From Eledone cirrhosa (Eukaryota): a stretch of 64,000 nucleotides of DNA. The stretch spans positions 1 through 64,000 of the forward strand of contig CAXHJY010000110.1 of NCBI GenBank assembly GCA_964016885.1, read 5' to 3'. Below the pieces are notes generated by a model. That model made no database searches, was not told where the DNA came from, and saw only the letters and a program-made list of their open reading frames with translations. A program made the position numbers and the translations under genes. Position 1 is the first letter of the stretch. Each line of letters begins with the position of its first letter. Shown here piece by piece: positions 11,254-22,425 of this stretch.

Positions 11254-14200
11254 GCTATTTCTGGGATGGCTGTTCCCTTCGGTTCCTTCGGTATAAAGTA
11301 ACGTTCAAATTTTTCTCGATTCTTCTCTCCATTCGAACCCATTCATTCAATCACTTCTATGTCCTAATTTCACACTATATCCTATTTTCACCATTCTATA
11401 TCATATCTTTTCTCTAAAAATCATATTTTCCCTATCACCGCATTTTCTCTATCGTATTTTCTTAAACAAAACAAATCTTGTATTTTCGTTTATTGTTAAA
11501 TTATGCCCAATTTTTTCTCGATTCTTCTCTCCATTCGAACCCATTCATTCAATCACTTCTATGTCCTAATTTCACACTATATCATATTTTCACCATTCTA
11601 TATCATATCTTTTCTCTAAAAATCATATTTTCCCTATCACCGCATTTTCTCTATCGTATTTTCTTAAACAAAACAAATCTTGTATTTTCGTTTATTGTTA
11701 AATTATGCCCAAAATACGGCGATCTTATCTTAAACCTTACATTCTCGCTAACAACCCATCATCCCTCCCTCCCGCCCCCACGCACCACCATTATTACGTG
11801 GACCAATCATAAGTCAGAGGCCCATACTATCGCTTAACTGGTTGCTTTTCGATATCATGGATGGACTACGGAATTCTGGAGAGTTGAAGAGAGAAAAATG
11901 TGGACGCTCAGCGACAATGCCAAAGATAAAGCCAAATTCACCTCGTGGACGAGAATGCAAGCACTCCTCCTTGTTTCGGCCCAGGATGGCTAACATAACC
12001 CCATCCCCCCCCCCCCGCGCCCCACAGCTCCCACCCTCCAAACGCAATCCAAAACTTCAGAGTTGGTACCATGAATGTAGGCACCTTAAAGGGTCGCTCT
12101 AACGAGGTTGTAGAAATGCTTGAACGTAAGGAGGTCGATGTTTGTTGTATTCAAGAGACCAGGTGGAGGGGAGGGTAGGCTAGATTCATCGTGGGTAAAG
12201 AACGATGCTATAAGCTTTTCTGGGTGGGAAATGACAATGGGTTGGGTGGGGTAGGAATCATGGTAGCAGAAAAGTGGGCAGATAAGATAATAGACGTAAA
12301 TAGAGTGAACGACAGAATAATTAAAATAAGACTTGTCCTCAATAAAACTACGGTGACAGTAATATCTGCGTACGCACCCCAATCCGGACTGCCCGGCGCT
12401 ATAAAAGAGATTCTACGAGACACTGATGCTCGCTACCTCCCAAATAACCGACAGTGACTATATAGTTATTGCAGGCGACCTAAATAGTCACATTGGACAA
12501 CATTGTGACGGCTATGACGGAATCCATGGAGGCTATGGGTTCGGTACTAGAAATGAGGAAGGCTCCAGAATCCTGGAATTCTGCGACGCAAATAACTTAA
12601 CTATCTGTAACACTAACTTCAAAAAACGAGACAATCACTTGATCACCTATAGATCGGGGGAACACACAAGCCAGGTAGATTATATCCTTACCAGAAGACG
12701 TGACAGAGTGTCTGTTGTTAACACTAAATCCCACCCCCATGAAGAATTCACCTCCCAACATAGACTGATAATTAGCGACCTCATAGTCAGGACGAGACGT
12801 ACTAGACAGCGGAAGAGGACTATCCTCAGGAGAAAAATATGGAAGCTAAAGGACCCCATAGCCAGAAATAAATTTCAAAGCATATTACTTGACACTTTCG
12901 ACAGTAAGGAAGAGCAATTAGAGTCGTATAATATAGAGGAACAGTGGGAATTCCTGAGAGCAAACCTGCTGACGGCGGCAGACGAAGTCTGTGGCTGGAG
13001 CAGGCCTGTAGGTAGGAGGAGAGTAACATGGTGGTGGAACAGTAAGGTGGAGGAGTCAATTAAGGCCAAAAAGCAGGCTTGGAAAGTATGGCGGGATGGG
13101 GGAAGTAGAGAAGACTATCAAGTGGCCAGGAGGGAAGCTAGGAGACAAGTGTACTTCGCAAGAAGGGAAGCAGAGGAAAGAAAGTTCAAGCATGTTCTAC
13201 AACGTGAGGACCAAAAACGTGAGGTGTTCAGGATTGCCAGGCAATGTGTCAAGGAAAACCGTGATATTGTCGGGGAGAAGTGTGTACTTAACGATGATGG
13301 CATACTTGCCATCACCGACGCTGATAAGAAGGTAGCTTGGAAGTGTCACTACGAAAGGCTTCTAAATGAGGAGAACAAATGGGAGAAAGACAGTCTCCCC
13401 CAGATCGATCCAATAGAGGGACCAGCAGTGTTAGTTGAAGGTAGTATAATAAGTAAGGCAATCAAAGATATGAAGACGGGTAAGGTGGCTGGGCCTTCGG
13501 AAATAGTTGCTGAGATGCTGAAGGCATCTGGTTCGGTGGGACACACCATGGTCACCCGGATAGTTAACCAAGTCGTACAGAATGGGGTTGTTCCGAAGGA
13601 ATGGCGTAGCAGCATCATCGTTAACTGCTATAAGGGAAAAGGAGATGCCCTAGATAGGAGTAACTATAGAGGCATTAAATTAATCGACCAGGTCATGAAA
13701 GTCACGGAAAAAGTAATAGCGCAACTAATCAGAGAGAGAATTGATCTAGATGAAATGCAGTTCGGGTTTGTGTCAGGCAAAAGTACCACAGACGCTCTTT
13801 TCATTGTACGACAACTACAGGAGAAGTACCTAGCTAAAAGTAAACCCCTATACTTAGCTTTCGTCGACTTGGAGAAAGCCTTCGACAGAGTCCCCCGTTC
13901 CATTATCTGGTGGTCTCTTAGAAAACTAGGTGTTGACGAATGGCTTGTGAGAGCTATACAAGCCATGTATAAAGAAACAGTCAGTAAGGTTAGAATTAAC
14001 AACGAATATAGTGAAGAGTTTAGCGTAAAAGTTGGTGTCCATCAGGGCTCTGTTCTTAGCCCCCTACTATTTATTATTGCCCTTCAGGCTATAACAGAGG
14101 AGTTCAAGACCGGCTGCCCATGGGAACTCCTATACGCAGATGATCTAACGCTCATAGCTGAATCAATGACCGAACTAGAGAAGAAATTCCAAACATGGAA

Positions 14201-15706
14201 GCAAGGCCTAGAATCAAAAGGCCTTAAAATTAACCTGGCTAAGACTAAAGTTCTAGTTTGTAGGAAAGAAAATAAGGCGGCGGTCCCATCTGGGAAATGG
14301 CCATGCTCAGTGTGTAGGAAAGGCGTAGGTAGAAACTCCATTTTATGTCCCAAATGCAAAGTATGGGTGCATAAAAGATGTAGTGGGATCACAGGTAAGC
14401 TAACTAAGAACATAGATTTTACATGTGGCCGGTGCTCTGGTGCAATAAGTAGCAGCAAGTGCCCACAAAATACTAGCTCCTTCAACTGCGCAGAGGGTTC
14501 TATAGAAATAGTGGACAGCTTCCGTTATCTGGGTGACAAAATCAGCAGTGGGGGAGGGTGCTCTGAAAGTACAGTAGCTAGAGTCAGAACTGGATGGAAA
14601 AAGTTCAGAGAGCTTATACCACTATTAGCCGCTAGAGGGTTCTCCCTAAAAATGAAAGGCAGGTTATACGATGCCTGTATACGAACAGCAATGCTGCATG
14701 GCAGTGAGACCTGGGCATTGTGTGCAGAGGATATACGCAGACTAGAGAGGAACGAAGCTTGCATGCTCCGCTGGATGTGCAATAGTAATATACGTGAACG
14801 GCAAAGCATAAACGAACTAAGGAAAAAATTAGAAATAAGAGGGATCAGATGTTGTTTACTCGAGAGAAGGCTACGTTGGTACGGTCACGTGATGCGCATG
14901 AAAGACGACAGCTGTATAACAAAGTGCAGGGCAATAAAGATAGACGGTAGCCACGGGGTAGGCAGACCCAGAAAAACATGGGACGAGATGATAAATTCCG
15001 ACCTCACACGCTTACACCTCTCCAAGACAATGTCACTGGACGGAGACCTTTGGCGGTACTCAGAAATAGAGAAGACCCGCCTTACCTAAATACAAAGTAA
15101 AAACCTACTACAGTCAGTAGGCATCTCTATCAAAACACACCCCCGTCCCACCACCTCCACCCCACCCACACCGCCCCTTTCAATGTAAAGTTATGTTGGT
15201 CCCACAACATCCAGGCCGAAACAAATGAGATTGTGTAGGTGTCACGACAAAAAACACACAGTCCACGCTGTAAATGTGGCCGTGTAGGCAACACGGTAAA
15301 AACCTCCCAGCCCCACACTGTAAATGTGGTTGGTGTTAGGAAGGGCATCCAACTGTAGAAAACCCGCCAGACAGTCCACGCTGTAATGCGGCCGTGTAGG
15401 CAACACGGTAAAAACCTCCCAGCCCCACACTGTAAATGTGGTTGGTGTTAGGAAGGGCATCCAACTGTAGAAAACCCGCCAGACAGTCCACGCTGTAATG
15501 TGGCCGTGTAAGCAACACGGTAAAAACCTCCCAGCCCCACACTGTAAATGTGGTTGGTGTTAGGAAGGGCATCCAACTGTAGAAAACCCGCCAGACAGTC
15601 CTATGCGAGCAAGACAACCACTCTTGCCTCAAGTGGGAAAACCCCCGTCCAAACCCATGCAAGCGTGGAACACGGACGCTAAACCTGATGATGATGATGA
15701 TGATGA
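11254..15706 (+). mobile_element. RTE LINE family B, full length; frameshifts in the APE N-terminus
   Basis: 5' UTR with 2 x 202-bp tandem unit (11310-11712); APE motifs (IQETRW, SAYAPQ, GDLN, VDYIL, SQH); RT (FVDLEKAFD, QGSVLSP, YADD); PHD finger; 3' UTR with 3 x ~112-bp unit; (GAT)n tail. Confidence 0.95.
12426..15089 (+). pseudogene. 887-aa open portion of the family B APE-RT polyprotein; true start near 11860 is disrupted
   Basis: ORF track; the upstream APE sequence is split over 11842-12102 and 12191-12457 in other frames. Confidence 0.9.
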
Positions 15707-15715
15707 AATATATAA

Positions 15716-15772
<57 letters not shown>

Positions 15773-16071
15773 AATATATAAATATATATATAAATATATA
15801 TTTATAATATATATATATAATATATATATATATATAATATATATAAATATAATATATATATATTTATAATATATATATAAATATATAAATATATATAATA
15901 TATATAAATATATATAAATATAATATATATATATTTATAATATATATATAAATATATAAATATATATAATATATATATATATAAATATATATATATATAA
16001 TATGTATATATAATATGTATATATAATATGTATATATATAAATATATATATATATAAATATATATATATAT

Positions 16072-16107
<36 letters not shown>

Positions 16108-16133
16108 ATATATATATATATAAATATATATAT

Positions 16134-16190
<57 letters not shown>

Positions 16191-16238
16191 ATATATAATA
16201 TATATTTATATATAATATATATATATATAAATATATAT

Positions 16239-16276
<38 letters not shown>

Positions 16277-16291
16277 GATATATATATATAA

Positions 16292-16322
<31 letters not shown>

Positions 16323-16399
16323 AATATATATATATATAAATATATATATATAAATATATATATATATAAATATATATATATAAATATATATATATAAAT

Positions 16400-16432
<33 letters not shown>

Positions 16433-16474
16433 AATATATATATATATAAATATATATATATATAAATATATATA
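15707..16474. repeat. Interrupted (TA)n microsatellite
   Basis: Direct inspection. Confidence 0.95.
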
Positions 16475-17578
16475 TGCGCAGAGGGTTCTATAGAAATAGT
16501 GGACAGCTTCCGTTACCTGGGTGACAAAATCAGCAGTGGGGGAGGGTGCTCTGAAAGTACAGTAGCTAGAGTCAGAACTGGATGGAAAAAGTTCAGAGAG
16601 CTTATACCACTATTAGCCGCTAGAGGGTTCTCCCTAAAAATGAAAGGCAGGTTATACGATGCCTGCATACGAACAGCAATGCTGCATGGCAGTGAGACCT
16701 GGGCATTGTGTGCAGAGGATATACGCAGACTAGAGAGGAACGAAGCTTGCATGCTCCGCTGGATGTGCAATAGTAATATACGTGAACGGCAAAGCATAAA
16801 CGAACTAAGGAAAAAATTAGAAATAAGAGGGATCAGATGTTGTTTACTCGAGAGAAGGCTACGTTGCTACGGTCACGTGATGCGCATGATAGACGACAGC
16901 TGTATAACAAAGTGCAGGGCAATAAAGATAGACGGTAGCCACGGGGTAGGCAGACCCAGAAAAACATGGGACGATATGATAAATTCCGACCTCACACGCT
17001 TACACCTCTCCAAGACAATGTCACTGGACCGAGACCTTTGGCGGTACTCAGTAATAGAGAAGACCCGCCTTACCTAAATACAAAGTAAAAACCTACTACA
17101 GTCAGTAGGCATCTCTATCAAAACACACCCCCGTCCCACCACCTCCACCCCATCCACACCGCCCCTTCAATGTAAAGTTATGTTGGTCCCACAACATCCA
17201 GGCCGAAACAGATGAGATCGTGTAGGTGTCACGAAAATAAAACACACAGCCCACGCTGTAAATGTGGCCGTGTAGGCAACACGGTAAAAACCTACCAGCC
17301 CCACACTGTAAATGTGGTTGGTGTTAGGAAGGGCATCCAGCTGTAGAAAACCCGCCAGACAGTCCACGCTGTAATGTGGTCGTGTAGGCAACACGGTAAA
17401 AACCTCCCAGCCCCACACTGTAAATGTGGTTGGCGTTAGGAAGGGCATCCAACTGTAGAAAACCGCCAGACAGTCCTATGCGAGCAAGACAACCACTCTT
17501 GCCTCAAGTGGGAAAACCCCCGTCCAAACCCATGCAAGCGTGGAACACGGACGCTAAGCCTGATGATGATGATGATGA

Positions 17579-17582
<4 letters not shown>
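16475..17582 (+). mobile_element. RTE LINE family B, 3' fragment with 2 copies of the 3' UTR unit
   Basis: ORF 16499-17077 matches the C-terminus of 12426-15089; (GAT)n tail. Confidence 0.95.
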
Positions 17583-17663
<81 letters not shown>

Positions 17664-17776
17664 AATATATATAAATATATATATAAATATATATATAAAT
17701 ATATATATATATATAAATATATATATAAATATATATATATATATAAATATATATATAAATATATATATATATATAA

Positions 17777-17807
<31 letters not shown>

Positions 17808-17840
17808 AATATATATATCAATATATATATATATATAAAT

Positions 17841-17895
<55 letters not shown>

Positions 17896-17905
17896 TATAT
17901 ATATG

Positions 17906-17979
<74 letters not shown>

Positions 17980-17993
17980 TATAATATATATAT

Positions 17994-18026
<33 letters not shown>

Positions 18027-18070
18027 ATATATATATATATATTATATATATATATATATATAATATATAT

Positions 18071-19305
18071 TCAGGTTTGAGGTTCACCACTGTATAGAGC
18101 TGGTCTATTCCGTATGGTCAATCGTAATGCAATAATATAGAGAGTACTCAACGTAAGGCAGTTCAACCGTCTTTGTTTTTGTAGTTGGTGGTGCTATTAC
18201 GGAGTTAAATATTATAATGAAATGACAGGAGGCTGGATTTGCGTAAATCCTTGAAAGGTTTATTATACTATGATCATTTCAATGACCGGGTTCCTTTTCT
18301 ACTTCTCTAAGCAAAATTTTATAGTTCCAACTTTCTGTCGGACTGTTGGGTGGGTTTTAATGGCGGCGTGACCAGCTCCCTTGTGCACGAGCTTACCTGG
18401 AGTGCTTTGAAAAATAAATTGCCCCTTCTTTCGGTAAATGAAAATACTCGGCTAGGCTTAATTCGCCATGGGGCCCGGGGCGCGGCCGGTGTTTTAACCG
18501 CCACATAGTACCTTTAAATTACAGAACAAATCGGAACTATTAGATATATCAACCTGAAAATGTTAAACTGTTGAACTTTAAATTTTCTAACCTCTCTAAT
18601 ATTGAATATTGATTATTAATTTTTTAACTTCATCCTAGAAGTCTAAACATTGTAACACACTGACTCCCAATTTATTCACCTCTGCTAAGATGCGGGTCCC
18701 TGTGAAAATTTTCTCGCGCCACTCCTGGCCTGAATGTGGTCTGACATTAATATCGACCTTTCTATCTTCCTTCTTGTAGCCATCAACCCTTACTTTTCTA
18801 TTTCTCTCTCTCTTCCTTCTCTTCTCCCCTCTTCCTGTCTTCTTCCCGCAGACGTATCTTCCTTCCCCCTCTTGCTTGCCTATATCTGACCGGTAGTAGT
18901 TGCCTTTCTTCTTTTAGCTGACATTAACCCTGGCTTCTCTCCTTCTTTCTTCCCCCTTCTTCTCTCTCCTTCCTTTCTTTCCTTCTTTTACCTTGTGTCA
19001 TGAGATTGACGCTAACTTATGTTCCCATCCCTTTCTGTTTTCGTTTATCTGACCGGTAGTAGCATACTATAAACTTTAGCCCCGTCACTCGAGGGCGACC
19101 GGCTGAGGTTGAAGGAACAGAATAGCGGTCGCCCTCCGGTCCTCGATTTTCAGCCCCATGGATTTTATCTATTACATTCACATATTATATTTCGAATACC
19201 TGATGATATCACCGGATTCATACGGAACCCGGTCATTGAAATGATCATAGTATAATAAACCTTTCAAGGATTTACACAAATCCAGCCTCCTGTCATTTCA
19301 TTATA
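18071..19305 (+). mobile_element. Non-coding hammerhead-bearing fold-back insert (probable Penelope-like pLTR/3' UTR with inverted copy)
   Basis: 82-bp inverted repeat 18213-18294 / 19224-19305; hammerhead core at 19200-19249; pyrimidine-rich body; flanked by (TA)n. Confidence 0.7.
19196..19253 (+). ncRNA. Type I hammerhead ribozyme
   Basis: ATAC-CTGATGA-[stem II accgg/ccggt]-GAAA-T(GATC)A-TA-GTAT; palindromic loop III. The base of stem II is a T.T mismatch, so activity may be reduced. Confidence 0.72.
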
Positions 19306-19323
19306 TAATATATATATATATAT

Positions 19324-19367
<44 letters not shown>

Positions 19368-19481
19368 TATATATAATATATATATTATATAATATATATA
19401 TCATATATAATATATATATTATATATAATATATATATTATATATATTATATATAATATATATATTATATATAATATATATA

Positions 19482-19601
19482 CTAAACTCCCGCTTCCTCG
19501 ACCCCCACCCCCTATCCCCTCTACTTCGCGAGGGCATGGCGGTCAACCGCCCAATACACACACACATCATGCGGCCAACCCCCCCCCCCTCTCTCTCTTA
19601 G

Positions 19602-19635
<34 letters not shown>

Positions 19636-22425
19636 GATAGAAATTCACTTCGCCAAATTTCATCGCATTGCTGTCTACTCCACGATATTCATGTAACGTA
19701 ATGTACATATTTTTCTTCATCTCTACCTCCACACTCCATATTTCGTATCAAGTCCAAATAGCCAATCTATTGCTAAAACAATCTACATTTTTTGTATTCA
19801 TTAATTGTTAGATACGAAAGTTTTTTGTCGTATTGAACAGAACAAATTTTGTATTTTTGTTAATCGCTTGTTAAATGCAAGGACCCCATTCAATCATTAC
19901 CTTCTATCTAGCTACCCAACACCCCTCCCTCCCGCCCCACGCACCACCATTGCTATTACGTGGACCAATCATAAGCCAGAGCCCCCACGCATCACCAGTA
20001 TTATTATTACGCGGACCAATCATAAGCCAGAGGCCTATACTATCGCTTGCCTGGTTGCCTTTCGATATATGATGGATGGATGGACTGCGGGAATCCTGGA
20101 GAGTGGAGGAGAGAGAGAGAAAAATCTGGACGCTCAGCGACAATGCCAAAGATAAAGATAAAGACAAATTCACCTCGTGGACGAGAATGCGAGCACTCCT
20201 CATTGTTTCGACCGCGGACGGCTAACATAACCCCATCACCCACCGCCCCCTACCGCCCCCAACCCCCAAACGCAATCCAAAACTTCAGAGTTGGTACCAT
20301 AAATGTAGGCACCCTAAAGGGTCACGCTAACGAGGTTGTAGAAATGCTTGAACGTAAGGAGGTCGATGTTTGTTGTATTCAACAGACCAGGTGGAGGGGT
20401 GGGTCTGCTAGATTCATTGAGGGTAAAAAACGATGTTATAAGCTTTTCTGGGTGGGAAACGACGATGGGCTGGGTGGAATCATGGTAGCAGAAAAGTGGG
20501 CAGATAAGATAATAGACGTAAATAGAGTGAACGACAGAATAATTAAAATACGACTTGTCCTCAATAGAACTACGGTGACAGTAATATCTGCGTACGCACC
20601 CCAATCCGGACTGCCCGGCACTATAAAAGACAGATTCTATGAGACACTGATGCTAACTACCTCCCAAATATCCGACAGTGACTATATAATTATTGCAGGC
20701 GACCTAAATGGTCACGTTGGACAACATTGTGACGGCTACGACGAAATCCATGGAGGCTATGGGTTTGGTACTAGAAATGAGGAAGGCTCCAGAATCCTGG
20801 AATTCTGTGATGCAAATAACCTAACTATCTGTAACACTAACTTCAAAAAACGTGACAATCACCTGATCACCTATAGATCCGGGGAACACACAAGCCAGGT
20901 AGATTATATCCTTACCAGAAGACGTGACAGAGTGTCTGTTGTAAACACTAAATCCCTCCCCATGAAGAATGCACCTCCCAACATAGACTGATAATTAGCG
21001 ACCTCATAGTCAGGACGAGACGTACTCGACAGCAGAAGAGGACTATCCTCAGGAGAAAAATATGGAAGCTAAAGGACCCCACAGCCAGGAATAAATTTCA
21101 AAGCATATTACTTGATGCTTTCGACAGTAAGGAAGAACTTTTAGAGTCAGACAATATAGAGGGAGAGTGGGAATTTCTGAAAGCAAACCTGCTGTTGGCG
21201 ACAGACGAAGTCTGTGGCTGGAGCAGGCCTGTAGGCAGGAGGAGAGTAACATGGTGGTGGAACAGTAAGGTGGAGGGGTCAATTAAGGCCAAAAAGCAGG
21301 CTTGGAAAGTATGGCGGGATGGGGGAAGTAGAGAAGACTATCAAGTGGCCAGGAGGGAAGCTAGGAGACAAGTGTACTTAGCAAGAAGGGAAGCTGAGGA
21401 AAGAAAGTTCAAGCATGTTCTACAACGCGATGACCAAAAACGTGAGGTGTTCAGGATTGCTAGGCAATGCGTCAAGGAAAACCGTGATATTGTCGGGAGA
21501 AGTGTGTACTAAACGACGATGGCACACTTGCCATCACCGACGCTGATAAGAAGGTAGCTTGGAAGTGTCACTATGAAAGGCTACTAAATGAGGAGAATAA
21601 ATGGGAGAAAGACAGTCTCCCCCATATCGACCCAATAGAGGGACCAGCAGTGTTAGTCGAGGGGAGTATGATAAGTAAGGCAATCAAGGATATGAAGACG
21701 GGTAAGGCGGCTGGCCTTCGGAAATAGTTGCTGAGATGCTGAAGGCATCTGGCACGGTGGGACACACCATGGTCACCCGCATAGTTAACCAAGTCGTACA
21801 GAATGGGGTTGTTCCGAAGGACTGGCATAGCAGCATCATCGTTAACTGTTATAAGGGTAAAGGAGATGCCCTAGATAGGAGTAACTATAGAGGCATTAAA
21901 TTAATCGACCAGGTCATGAAGGTCACAGAAAAAGTAATAGCACAACTAATCAGAGAGAGAATTGACCTAGATGAAATGCAGTACGACAACTACAGGAGAA
22001 GTACCTAGCTAAAGGTAAACCCCTCTACTTAGCTTTTGTCGACTTGGAGAAAGCCTTCGACAGAGTCCCCCGTTCCATTATCTGGTGGGCTCTTAGAAAA
22101 CTAGGCGTTGACGAATGGCTTGTGAGAGCTATACAAGCCATGTATAAAGAAACAGTCAGCAAGGTTAGAATTAACAACGAATATAGTGAAGAGTTTAGCG
22201 TAAAAGTTGGCGTCCATCAGGGATCTGTTCTCAGCCCCCTACTATTTATTATTGCCCTTCAGGCTATAACGGAGGAGTTCAAGACCGGCTGCCCATGGGA
22301 ACTCCTATACGCAGACGACCTGACACTCATAGCGGAATCAATGGCCGAGCTAGTGAAGAAATTCCAAACATGGAAGCACGGCCTAGAATCAAAAGGCCTT
22401 AAAATTAACCTGGCTAAGACTAAAG
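19482..22425 (+). mobile_element. RTE LINE family B variant, 5' UTR + APE + RT to LAKTK; 3' end deleted
   Basis: ORF pieces 20047-20991, 21195-21512, 21736-22008, 22044-22436; ~46-bp internal deletion near 21981. Inclusion of 19482-19634 as 5' UTR is tentative. Confidence 0.9.

Noticed and set aside
18213-19305. DNA transposon with terminal inverted repeats (also 26208-26914)
   Set aside because: The left repeats are not terminal (97-140 bp of unique sequence lie outside them) and they contain hammerhead sequence.
19482-19565. HDV-like ribozyme at a LINE 5' end
   Set aside because: There is a ggcgg/ccgcc hairpin followed by CCAA, but no P1 or P2 pairing could be built.
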